Source: Prorocentrum cordatum
Taxonomy: Eukaryota
DNA: 64,000 nucleotides
Direction: 5' to 3'
Assembly (NCBI GenBank): GCA_963575745.1
Contig: CAUYUJ010000096.1
Location: 1-64,000 of the forward strand
Part shown: in pieces, positions 23,893 through 36,908 of the stretch
How the letters are laid out: every line of letters begins with the position of its first letter
Numbering within the stretch: position 1 is the first letter of the stretch
Translations under genes and position numbers: made by a program
Notes under the pieces: model-generated
The model's input: the letters and a program-made list of their open reading frames with translations, nothing else
Databases searched by the model: none
Told to the model about the DNA's origin: nothing

Positions 23893-24099
23893 TATCACCA
23901 CTCCGCTAGAACCCCCCAAAAAGGCGCAGGACAGTGGCCGCAGATGCGCGCCTTGCAGACCCGGGGCACGGCGAGGTCCAGTTTGGCTCCGCGCGTGTCG
24001 CCGCTCCGCTGGTCACGGGCGCAGAAGAACGGCGATACTTGCATCCCTGGCGGCATCCAGGAGGGCGAGGCCCAATGTGGATCATAGTTGGTCCGCACT

Positions 24100-24990
24100 C
24101 CGCTAACCCCCTAAGGGGCCCAGCGAAAAGGGCGACACTTGCGCGGTTGGCGACGCCGAGGAAGGCCTCAAGAGTGCCCCGAGAGAGCCCCAAGAGGACC
24201 CCAAAAGGGCTTCAAGAGGGCTCAAAGAGGCGATGTCGATGGCACCATGTGGGGGAAGCAAATCGGGGACCCCCCCCTCTTGTGATCCATGGACTCCGAA
24301 ATGGCCCCAAGAGACCTCCAGAGCTCCCAAGAGGGCCCCAGGACCCCCCAAACGAGCCCCAAGAAGACCCCAATCTTCTAAAGAGCCTCAAAAGGGCCTC
24401 ACGAGGGCACCGAGGGAGTTCCAAGAGGACCCCGAGGAGGACCTAAGAATACACCAAGATGTCTCCAAGAGGCATCGTCTGCGTCGTCCTCATCGTCGTC
24501 TCTCCCCCGTCATTGTCCTCGTCGTCCTTCTCGTCCTCGTCATCCTCCTCTTCCTCCTCCTGCTCCTCTTCGTACTCGCCCTAGTTATCTCATCCTCGTC
24601 CCACTCCTCCTCCTCCTCCTCCTCCTCCTTCTCGTCCTCGTCCTCCTTGGCGTCGTCCTCCTCCTCGTCCTCGTCCTCGTCCATCTCTTCCTGCGCCTCC
24701 TCCTCCTACTCGACCAATGGCACCCCTCCCTGCTTCATTACATACCTATCTACGCCCATCCTCCAGACAACTCTCCTGGGCATCGTTTCTGGATGGGCCA
24801 GCGGAGCTACGCACAGCGTGAAGAATATCACAGAGAGAATTTGGGGAAAGAGTCACCCAAAACTCAACCCAAAAAGAGACATAACAACTACGAATTGTTA
24901 AATTCAGGATCTGGTTACCCTCTGAGGCGACTCGGCGCCCGAGGCCGTCTGGCCGGCGAACGGACGCGGTTTTGAGCCTGTTCGGCAACC
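24100..24990. repeat. Dispersed composite repeat, copy 2
   Basis: Matches 21560-22295, and ~24805-24990 matches ~23095-23255 (AGCGTGAAGAATATCACAG; CCCTCTGAGGCGACTCGGCGCCCGAG). Confidence 0.8.
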
Positions 24991-25138
24991 GAGCGGGCCA
25001 GATTCCCACAAACCCTGTTGGAGTTGAGCCCGCTCGGCCGACCCCCCGCTCGGCGATCGCCGCGGGCTCGAACGCCGAACCGGGCCCAGAAGAAGGGAGA
25101 CCTCGGATGAGGCCGGGGCTTCTGTGGCAGCCGCCCGC

Positions 25139-25269
25139 CTGCATCACCATCTCGTCGTCCCGGAACACAGCGGCCCGCTCCTGGAGCTTCGCAGCCGTGG
25201 CGCCATGCGACTTGTCAGCGAGCACCTCCAGCAAGTCCGCCTGCTGATGCTGGACCGCCCCAGACACGC
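25139..25269 (-). CDS. Predicted exon 3 of the EF-hand/ART gene
   Basis: GAG|GC acceptor whose phase matches the exon 2 donor. Encodes VSGAVQHQQADLLEVLADKSHGATAAKLQERAAVFRDDEMVMQ. CAG|GC donor. Confidence 0.55.
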
Positions 25270-25318
25270 CTCGGAGGGGGCTACGCGTGCAGTTCCCAGG
25301 AAAGTCGTCGTCGTCGTA

Positions 25319-25368
<50 letters not shown>

Positions 25369-25662
25369 GGTCGCCCTCGTCGGGGGGGGCTTAAATTTTT
25401 TCATTTTTTTTCTTATTGATTTTCTGACTCTCTCGGGCACCCGGAGGCCTCTCCGGGCCTCTGGCGCCCGGCGGAACTGGAAACTTCAAACCACTAGGAG
25501 CTCAATCCGCCCATACGGGCGGGGTAGGGTTGAGCTCCAAACGTTCTTCGTTCCCCCTCCCTGGGGCCGGAAGGTTAAGGTCGGCCGGGAGGATCCAACA
25601 ATTCCCCCCCCCCAGAGAATCTAGTTTCTTTCCGGGCAACATGCACGCCCCCGCCCCCCCGC

Positions 25663-27211
25663 CTAGGAACGCTCGCACGGCGTTCTGGAAGACGTCATCC
25701 TTGTTGAAGTCCTTCTCGGCACTGGCGGTGAACGCTCGGTCGAGCTCGTCGCACGCGTGCTGCTCCACCAAGAGTTGGAAGGCCTTGCCCTCGCCCAGCT
25801 CGTTGAAGAGGGCCTGCCAGGAGACACCGGCGAGACTCTGGACAACCTCGCGCTTCAAATTCTCCAGCATCTCCTCCATGACCCGCTTCCGCTTGGCGAT
25901 CACCTGCTCGATCGTGAGAGCGGTCAAATTCACGCTCAGGCGCGTCTGCACGATGAGCACCGAGGCCTCCACCCTACCAGACACGATTTCGATCCCTGTC
26001 AATGGAGCGAAACATATCTCCCTCTCATGAGGGTACTGAGAAAGCACAGAGAGGTCTGCACCCCGGTCGACCATGCCCATCTGGATCTCCAGCACTGTGC
26101 TGACGCCTCCTTGTGCATACGAAAGTGCGACCTGCTTCTCCACGGTGGTGCTCATGAACCCGAACTCGATCCCGCCACGCACGCCATCCCGATTCTCCTC
26201 CCAGAACTCTTTGGGCAACACTCCACCGGAGAAGCCTCGGTACACCGTGACCGCCTTTTGAAGTTTGCTGAGCTTCAGGAGGCAAGAATTGATGGCGTGG
26301 ATCGTGGTCACGTATCGGTTGCCCAGGCAAGTCTTCTGGAACTGCTTCTTGGCGTAGTCGCCCTGCTCCACGTTGATGGCCCCGCCGCGGTTCACTGCGT
26401 TGTACTTTACGAACAGTGGGCCGGTGTAGAGCACGCCGCCGACCATCTCCTCTCGCATCAGTGTCGCTTGCTCGGCATTCTTTAGTTTCGAATTGAGGTC
26501 CTTCAAGATGAAGTCCAGCTCTGCTGAGGTACGCACTTGTCGGCATTTCGCGATGTCGCCCGAATCCACCAACTTCTGCTCCCTTGGCCACTGTTGCAAG
26601 CCGACCTGCTCAGGCCCGCCCTCCGGATTTGCTACGAATAGCCACTCCGCCTTTGATGTAGTAGTGACGCCATAGTTGCCTGTCGTAAACTCCTTGGACG
26701 AGTCCTTCTCCTCGCAGTGCTCGTGCACCATGGCCTCCAGCACTCTGGCGCTGGGCGAACCGATTAGGGCTTCCAGGCCACCGTAGAAAACGTTCAGACC
26801 ACCGAACGCCATTGTGAATTTGGCGTCTTGGGCAAACTTTCCGTTCAACTCTTCTGCAGTAACAGCGGTCGCGTCCTTGAGAACCTGTAGCTCGCCCCAG
26901 ATCTTGTCCGCCATGGACTCAAGCACGGCCTTGCTCCGCAGCAGGTCCAGTACCATGTCCCGATTGCCCTTCTCCGCCAAAGACTTCATGAACAACAGCT
27001 GCAGCGCAGGATCCGTGTCAGGGGCGATCGGGGAGTTGAGCGCGTCGGCAACGATGGGGCTCGTCAGGGAGGTGCCCAACCACTTCTGGGTCGTCCACGT
27101 CTCCTGCCCAGGCGCGACGCCAGCCTCGGAGTCCAACTTCTGCTTCGCCGCCTCCACGCACTCCGAGAGCTCGGCATTCTGAGAATGCGTAGTCGCCGCG
27201 GAGGGTTGCTC
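25663..27211 (-). CDS. Mono-ADP-ribosyltransferase, R-S-E class; large exon 2
   Basis: Uninterrupted ORF 25502..27373 with LYTGPLFVKYN, TVYRG (R), FMSTT (S), SQYPHEREICF (E-x-E). CCAG|GAG acceptor at 27211 in phase 0, TAG|GC donor at 25663. Confidence 0.85.
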
Positions 27212-28301
27212 CTGGAGCGGGCGAAAGCGAGTGTGCCCACTGTCGCGGTGGTCGGACACCCCCCTAGGGCACGAAGCATACGAGAGGTGCGCCCAGACCG
27301 ACAGGGTCCTAAGTCGAGTCTCCCTGGGGAGTGTGCGACGCGTGTGAAGGGTGTGCCCAAGAAGTGTGCCCACGAGTCCCCGCCCCCCCGCCTCCTCTCC
27401 CCTCCCCCTGTGATCTCGCCGACACCTTCCCCTAGGACGCCTCCAGCCTCCTCTGCCTGCCCGCCGCCGCTCTGGACGCAGTGGACCTTGCGAGCCCAGG
27501 GTACTTAGCCCCGGGAACCACAGTCAATCATCCAACCTGCTGGCTGCGTGATGCTGCGGGATGCAGGCCAGCGGGGGGCCAGAGTGGCTTCCCCACCCCG
27601 TCTCCGCCCGCATCCCCATCACCCCGTCCCCCCTCCCCCAGCTCCCTCCCCCTCCCATCCCCCGTCCCCTCCCCATCACCCTGGCACCCCAGCCCCCCCT
27701 AACCCCTTCCGCCGCCCCGATCCCTCCCCCCCTGCCCCGCTCGTCCCCCCCCTTCCCTGCAGACGGCGATGCTTGCTTCGTACGGCCCGGAAAACGTAGG
27801 GAGAGTCACGGGGGGCCTCTGCATGCATTCTCACGTTGTTGTGTTGTTCACATGTCACGTGCATACATTCTCGTGTTGTGGCAATTGGCGCTGCTTGCAT
27901 TGTTCACGCATTCGCAGGTCATTGCGTTGCTTGCCTTGTGCATTCATTCCTCGTCGCCGCAAGTTTTGGGTTCGAACCGCAGGTTTCGGGAAAGCATCCG
28001 GGCCAGGGTCCCACCCCCTGGCCCTTGAACCCACCCACCCGCCCCGGGTGCAGGCCTTGGGCTGGGCTGGGGAATATGCACCGTTAAAGCCCCTTGTTGG
28101 TGCCGGGTCGGTGTCGTTTGTGTGCGTGTGTGTGCGTGACGCGTCACTGGCACAGCTACGGAAGCCCGCGGCCGCTGCCCCCCGCGGCCGCTGCGCCCCC
28201 CGCGGCGCAGGCCCCCCGGGGATTCGAGTCTCGTTTTCCACGTCCACCCTTGACTGTCCTCCCTTCCATCCCGCAACCTCTCATCATGAGTACCCACCCC
28301 A

Positions 28302-28302
28302 C

Positions 28303-28334
<32 letters not shown>

Positions 28335-28497
28335 AGACGACGACGACGACGACGACGACGACAACGACGAAGGCGACGACGACGACGACGACGAAGCCGA
28401 CGACGACGACGATGAAGGCGACGACGACGACGACGAAGGCGACGACGACAACGCCGACGATGACGACGACGAAGGCGACGACGACGACGACGAGGAC
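28302..28497. repeat. (GAC)n microsatellite, intronic
   Basis: Imperfect GAC run. Confidence 0.9.
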
Positions 28498-28510
28498 TAG
28501 GACCAGGGTC

Positions 28511-28741
28511 CTCCGCGGACTCTTCGTAGACCCACGCGAGGAAATCCTCGTACCGGACGTCGTCGCCGACGCCCGCGCGGGCCAGCGCGAGGTCCAAGGA
28601 CTCCGGCCCGGCGGGGCTCGCCCGGCACACGTTGCGCATCACGCCCTCGAAGACCGGGCGGGGCAGACGGCCGGTGCCGCCGGGGTCCAGCCTGCGGAGA
28701 CCCTCCACGAGACGCTCCTTCGCAGAGGCCATCGCGGGCAT
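28511..28741 (-). CDS. Predicted exon 1: EF-hand-pair-like domain
   Basis: MPAMASAKERLVEGLRRLDPGGTGRLPRPVF...GDDVRYEDFLAWV. GAG|GA donor in phase 0 matches the acceptor at 27211. Confidence 0.6.
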
Positions 28742-29259
28742 GGACTGGCCCCTCCGATTTCGCTGAAGCTCGAGGTCAGCGCAACCTGAGGCGAACCGAG
28801 AGAGCTCGAGCCTGCTGAACCGAGACGGCTCGAGCCCGCCCTTCATTGGCTGTCCGTGCGTGGTGTCGTGCCTCTCCTCCTCCTCCTCCTCCTCCTCCTC
28901 CTCCTGGCTCTTCCTACCCCCCCCCCTTGCGCCCGCCTCGGCGCACGACAGTCCACCCCGTGCTAAGGGCTAAAGAGCCAGCCAAGGCTGAGGGGCCAAG
29001 GCCGAGGTCCCCGCCCGCACACGAGCCGGAGGGCCGCGACAGGGGCCCGAGAGCGCCCGGCGCCCCCTTCGCGCCGAGCGGAGCACGGCTTCTCCTCGCA
29101 CTCTCGGGCTCTCGCACCGCCCCCTCTCGACCTGGCCCTCCTCGCAGTCGTGAGAAACATCACGACGCGAGGTGTCTTCGACCGCTCCTTCCTCTGGCAG
29201 CCGCTCCTGGGCCCTAGGGACCGTCAGACATCGGCTCAGGACGAAGAAAAAACAGCCCT

Positions 29260-30352
<1,093 letters not shown>

Positions 30353-30649
30353 CGGTCCTGAGATGCACCGTGCGAGGGGTGGCTGGATGGCGCCTGCACC
30401 GGGAAGACTTATGGCCACCTGGTGCGCGTCCACACGGGGAGGGGTGCACCAGTGCTCGAAACGCCTTGCCCCATATCACGGTGCCAACCACCCGCGCCCG
30501 TGCGCTCGCGCGCCCAAGACACCGAGCACCAACGGCGGTAAAGGCGGCAAGGGTGGCAAGTCCAGCAACAGCAGCAAGGGCGGCAATGGTGGCCGCGGAG
30601 CTGCCTCTGGAAACGCCCTCGGCGAGCGCGGCGCAGGCGGAAGGAGCAT

Positions 30650-33600
30650 GAGAGGTGCGCGCAGCGCGCCAGCAAACCCGCACCGAGGAAATGACGCTGC
30701 TGATGGATGAAGACATCATTGCTGTAGCTCCGCTTGCGGAAAACAGGTTGTCTGATGGCTTGGCTGCGTCGTCCTTGTCTGCCGCACCGCCCGCGGTCAC
30801 CAGTATTTTGTACTTCTGCTCCGGGCCAGCTGGCCGAGCGGATGGTTTCGACGCGTTCCTCGTGCACCTCGGTGCCGATGTCGACATGCGCGACCTCGCC
30901 TTTAGTAGGGCTATCGGAGATCTTGCGGACGACGTGGTATGGGGCCAGCTTCGCCAAGCCTTGCTCCAGGGCGTGTACCAGGGAACTCTGATCGCACCTC
31001 CGTGTTCGACGTTCGTCGAGGGGCTTCCCCTGGGCGTGGGCGAGACGCACCCTAGACCGTTGAGGGGCGCTTCCGTCCCAGAGATCTTTTGTCTTGCTGG
31101 TGGCTCTGCAGAAGATCGGAAACGCGTCCGAGTAGGCGCGCTTCTGGGCTACCGCGCCGCTTAGGTGGCGAGCATCCTGCTGGGGTGGCAACTGCCTTGG
31201 ATCTTTATCGCCACAAGTACCGAGGAGGGCGAGCCCGGCATCCTCAGGATTCCAGATGTCACGGCCTTGGACAAGCAGGAGGGCGTCCACAACAAAACCA
31301 TGCTCCAGGGCGGCCTGGGCACGCCGACCGCCAGGCCGACAATTTTGAAACACTTCGGAGCGCGTCTGGCTGATGTCCCGGAGTCGTGCAGCCACCCGCC
31401 ACGATGGTGGCGCCTCCCAGGCCCTATGAACGAGCTCCTCGCCCGGGCGCTGCTCGCCGCCGAGGGGAACGGCTCGCGGAGGACCTCGCGGGAAGCCGTG
31501 GGTTCTCGCCCCGATGCACTCGATGATGAAGCCCCGGCCGAAGTCTTCGTCCGCGTCGGGCGCTGGAAAAATCAGCTGGTCCTAGCTGTCGACGCCGTGG
31601 CGCCGAGCTGGCAGTCTTCACCACCGGCGCTCCAGGTTGGCTACACTGCTGAAGGATCCCTTCAACGGTTGCGATCTCGAGTCGTCCAGTCTCAATCCCT
31701 GCGCCCCCTCTATCCCGACCCCATGGAGACCCGCAGGACAGAAGACGAGCAGGCTCTTGGCGGTCTCAGGGGAACCACGAGGGCGACGACATGTCTAACC
31801 CGAGGAGTCGAGGCGTCGACTGGTTGCCGACTTCCTGGCTGGTTTCCTCGGCCGCCACCCTGCCATGGAAGACGGCCTGATGGATGCTATCGACAACAGG
31901 CGCCGAAGTCAGGCGTCGGTCGGTCAACGCGCGATGGGGCCGTCGGACGCTAGCATATGGCGGAGCCTCGCCGTGAGCTTCTTGCGTTGTTGAAGTGTCT
32001 CTGCCCGCGCGGTCGGGGATGGCCCCGGCGAGGCGGAAGCCGCCGCGCCCGCCTCCGTCGACGTTCGGTGTTCGACCTGCATCCGCCACGATCTGTCGCA
32101 AGCTTGGGGCACCGCTGCTGGCGACCCCAGTTCCGGGGTATGCCAGTGGCTCCAGCGCGGTGCCCCTGCCGGCGTTACGTCCTTCCCTGACCTCGACGGC
32201 ATCTTCCCTGTTGCGGACTGGGGTAACGAGGAGCAGATCGACCCGAGGGAACTCGCCATCGAGGACGTCAACTTCTGCAGCTACCACAGCCTCGAGACCA
32301 ATCCCGCAACAACGGAGTTGGCCGAATTCGTCCCGAAGGGTTGCCTCATGCGCTTCGAGTCTCACAGGGACGTGTGCTCCGGCCTGCGAAGACGCCCCAT
32401 CCTCTCGAAATTGGCATTGCTTACGAAAAAGAAGGATGGGCGCCATAAGCGCCGCGTCATTTTGGATCTCCGGAGGTCGAGCGTCACCGCCGCGACTCGG
32501 CAGACCCATCGCGCGCCACTCCCAAGAGCCAGCGACGCCATCTCCGACACCCTCGAGCAGCTCATTCCCGCCTCCTCCTCCTTCTCCTCCTTCTCCTCCT
32601 CCTCCTGCTCCTCCTCCTCCTCCTGCTGCTCCTCCTCCTCCTCCTCCTTCTCCTCCTCCTCCTCCTCCTAATCCTCCTCCTCCTCCTCCTCCCGACTTAC
32701 AGGACGCGTTCTGGACCATGCCCTTGGCCTCCTCGGAGCGCTCGTGATTCGTGGTAAAAGCGTTCGGAGCATACAATGTGTATGCTCGCGCTGCCCAAGG
32801 TCCCAGGAGTGGCTCTTCCTGCTGGGCGGACGTTGCCTCGCCGTGCCTGCGCCGCACGCGGGCAATGTTTTTCGAGCCCGCCGAGCGCTCTCGCAAGTCG
32901 GCCACATGTCTTCGCTCGCAGATGCACGTGGACGACTCTGCGGCAGCAGTGCGCGGCACGCCGCAGATGCGCAGGAGGCGCATTGCACTGCTGGTGTTCG
33001 CGTGGCGCCTCCTGGGATTTCCGATGGCTTTTTGGAGAGTGCAGCGGGGCCGTGGCACGATCTGGATTGGGTATCGTTCCACATATCCCGAACATCGCTG
33101 GAAGTCGGAGTGACGGCAAACATCGACCCTGCGAAGCTCGATGAACCGAAGGTCTCCACGGACGAGTTTCTGTCCGGGAGCGTCATCAGCATCAAAGAGC
33201 AGAGGAAGTACATCGGCTTTGCAGGCCACGTCGCCAACATCTTGTACCCCTGGCGAGCGTGTCTGGGTGAACTATGGGGCACCTCGGGGGATGCCAGATC
33301 CCCTGAATCTTCGGCGCCGCCCGGCTTCTTGATGCTTCTTGTGGACGAAGCAGGTCAGCGGGGCATTGCGATGGATTTCTGCTTTCTTGGCTGGGAGCGC
33401 AAGCTGCCTCAACATCACCCTTCTCGGTAGCTTCGTACTTGGGCCGCACGATTCCGGTAACCATCGTCACGGACGCCTCGCCATGCGGGATAAGTGGGCA
33501 TCTGCTTATAAACAATAAGCTGGTCGAGTACTTCGCCGGGACCATCACCACGGAAGACGCGGCCATCTTACAGACCGAGATCGGGAACCATACCGACCAG

Positions 33601-33780
33601 CAAGACTTCGAGTCCTTGGCAATTCCGGCAACCATGCGGTTGCGGAAGGGGCATCGGGAAGCCTTTCCGCAAAAGCCAATAAAGAGAAACTCTCTCGAAA
33701 CGACCCACCCGACGCCGCTGGCCACGCGCACCATCGCGCCGGGAGGGATCCCCAGACCCCTCCCTGGATCCAAGCGCACC
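30650..33780 (+). mobile_element. Decayed DIRS-like retrotransposon (methyltransferase-like, RT, RNase H; recombinase not present)
   Basis: LYFCSG...DL...APPCSTF (30740-31020); RRVILDLRRS; DLQDAFWTMPL; AQGPRSG; MHVDD; VTDASPCG...QQDFESLAI (DIRS-type RNase H). Many stops and frameshifts. Confidence 0.8.
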
Positions 33781-34077
33781 AGATTTCGGCGTCGCGTCCA
33801 GCTGGAGGAGGAGGAGGAGGAGGAGAAGGAGGAGGAGAAGGAGGAGGAGGAGGAGGAGGCCCCCGAGGGCCAGGAGGCCTAGAACCTCGAGCCTGGCGGC
33901 TCGAGGCTCGAGCCTCGACGTGCACCTTGGTCGGATTTCGGGTCGTAGCTCGAGGCTCCGGCAGCCGCCCGGGACGATCCCAGCACGGCCCTGGGGCCCG
34001 AGACGAGCCTCCAGAGGCTCCACCCGACGAAAAACGCCAGAAGGCAGAAAAAAGGCACGAAAAACCGTCGAACAATT

Positions 34078-34083
34078 AACGAA

Positions 34084-34118
<35 letters not shown>

Positions 34119-34394
34119 ACGACGAGGACGACGACGACGGACGACGACGAGAACGACGACGACGGACGACGGACGACGACGGACGACGGACGACGGACGA
34201 CGACGGACGACGGACGACGGACGACAGACGACGGACGACGACGACGCCGGCGACGACGATTACGACGACGACGACAGCGGACGACGGACGACGACGGACT
34301 ACGGACGAAGACTACCACGACGACGGACGACGGATGACGGACGACGGATGACGGACGATGGACGATGGACGACGGACGACGGCCACGGCGACGA

Positions 34395-34426
<32 letters not shown>

Positions 34427-34700
34427 TCGGCGACGGCGACGGCGACGGCGATGGCGACGGCGACGGCGGCCGCGACGGCGACGACGACGACGACGACGAT
34501 GACGGACAACGGACAACGGACGAAACACGACGACGACGACAACGACGACAACGACGACAACGACGACGATGACGGTGACAACGACGACGGCAGCGGCGAC
34601 GACGACGACGAAGACGACTGAAAACGGACGACGAACGACAGACGACGAACGACGGACGACAAAAGACGGATGACGACAACCACGACGACGGCGACCACGC
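34078..34700. repeat. (GAC)n / (GACGACG)n low-complexity tract
   Basis: Directly visible. Confidence 0.9.
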
Positions 34701-35955
34701 CGTGCGCGGTGGTAGATGGTGTACCAATAATTCTTTCTTCATTGTTATCCAGAGAGAAGAATTGGCCACTTTCCTGAACGACTTCCTGGCTCGGTGGTGG
34801 ATGCGCAGTGGTGGATGAGCGGTAGATGGGCGGGCGGTGGTCGATTGTGGTGGATGGTGGTCGATGAGTGGTGGATGACTGGTGGATGCGTTGTCGATGG
34901 GTAATCGATGGGTGGTCGATGGGGGTCGCGGTGGTGGATGGCGGGTGGTCGATGGGTGCGCGGCGGTGGATGGTGGACTGGCAATTGTTTCCTCTTTTCC
35001 ATTTAGAAGAAACAGTTGGCCACTTTCCCGGACGAGTTCTTGGCTCGGTGGTGGATGCGCAGTGGTGTATGAGAGGTGGATGGGCGGGCGGTGGTCGATG
35101 GTGGTGAATTAAAGTGGTTGGTGGTCGATGAGTGGTCAATGAATAATCGATGGGTGGTCGATGGGTGCGCAATGGCGGATGGCGGGTGGTCGATGGGTGC
35201 GCGGCGGTAGATGGTGGACCGGCAATTGTCTCCTCATTTCTATTAAGAGAATTGGCCACTTTCCGAAACGAGTTACTGGCCCGGTGGTGATGCGCAGTGG
35301 TGGATGAGAGGTGGACTGGTGGGCGGTCGTCGATGGTGGTGGATGGTGGTCGATGAGTGGTGGAAGAGTGGTCGATGAATAATCGATGGGTGGAGAATAG
35401 GTGCGCGGTGGTGGATGGCGGGTGGTCGATGGGTGCACGGTGGTGGATCGTGGACCAGCAATTGTTTCTTCTTTTTCTGTTCAGAGGGAAGAATTGGCCA
35501 CTTTCCTTGACAAATTCCTCGCTCGGTTGTGGATGCGCAGTGGTGGATGAGAGATGGACGGGTGGGCGGTGGTCGATGGTGGTGGATGGGGGTGGATGGT
35601 GGTCGATGAGTGGTCGATAAGTGGTGGATGAGCGGTCGATGAATAACCGATGGGCGGTCGATGGGTGCGCGGTGGTGGATGGTGGACCGGCAATTGTTTC
35701 CTCATTGTTTTTTTGAGGAAAGAATTGGCCACTTTCCCGGACGAGTTCCTGGCTCGGTGGTGGATGCGCAGTGGTGGATGAGAGGTGTACGGGTGGGCGG
35801 TGGTCGATGGTGGTGGATGGTGGTCGATGAGTGGTAGAGTGGTGGATGAGTGGTCAATGAATAATCGATGGGTGGTCGATGGGTGCGCGGTGGTGGATGG
35901 CGGGTGGTCGATGGGTGCGCGGTGGTGGATGGTGTACCGGCAATTCTTTCCTCAT
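34700..35955. repeat. Tandem satellite, ~5 diverged units of ~230-255 bp
   Basis: Anchor TTGGCCACTTTCC near 34762, 35016, 35252, 35494 and 35725, with a GGTGGTCGATG-rich body. Confidence 0.9.
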
Positions 35956-36756
35956 ATATGTATGTATATATTCACATGTACATCTACTTCGACAGTGCCT
36001 GCGCGGAATGGGCGTGTTAGAATGCCTAGTCTGTTGTCTGGGAGTTTATTCATGTTTTCTAGCCCCCCCGTCCCCTCGACGCAGACGTGCCTCTGAAACC
36101 GCACCCTTTGAGCTTGCATTCAGGCGCTCATTTCGGCCTCCAACGGCCAAGATGGCCTCCAAAACGGCTTCCAAGGCAGTCAAGATGACACCAGGACGGC
36201 CAACGATGACCCAAGACGGCTCAAGCGGCTCTCAATACGTCCTCAAAACAACTTCAAAGGCTCCCAAGGCGGCCCAAGAGGCCCTCAAAGAAAGCCGGAG
36301 GAAGCCGCAACCATTTATTTTCTCAAGTTAAATCTAACATATTTTGGGGTTTCCGACCGCACCCCCAAAGTCGGGTCCCAAGTTGCCCCCAAGAGGCTTC
36401 AGGAGGCCCCCAAGCCCCCAAGAGGCCGCCCAGGAGGCTCTCAGGAGGCCCCCAGAAGGCCCCAAGAGGGCCCCAAGAAGCTTTCTACTCCTCGTCCTCA
36501 TTGTCTCCTCCTCCTCCTCCTCCTCATCCTCCCTACCGCGCGGACGAAAACGTTATCGGGATCACGACTCTCCCTAGTTTAGACCACGCGCTGAGCTGCC
36601 GCGGGGTGTGAACCCGCGCGGATGAAGACGAAATCGAATTCACTACCCGTCCTTCTCAGACCAGTCGCCAGCATGCGCTATTCCTGCACTCAGCCTCCTT
36701 CCTGCTGCGCTATTGCACAGGCACGGTGACGGGGTTTGCCGCAAGCAACTGCGTTA

Positions 36757-36872
36757 TTGTTGTTGTTGTTGTCGTTGTTGTGGTTGTGGTTGTGGTTGTC
36801 GTTGTTGTTGTTGTTGTTGCTGTTGTTGTTGTTGTTGTTGTTGTGTTTCCTCGGTGCATGTACCATGCTCAG

Positions 36873-36905
<33 letters not shown>
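36757..36905. repeat. (GTT)n and (TA)n microsatellites
   Basis: Directly visible. Confidence 0.95.

Positions 36906-36908
<3 letters not shown>

Noticed and set aside
15930..27211. Functional link between the Tpt1-like domain and the neighbouring ART gene (both NAD+-using)
   Set aside because: One is transposon cargo and the other an intron-containing gene. Proximity alone is not evidence.
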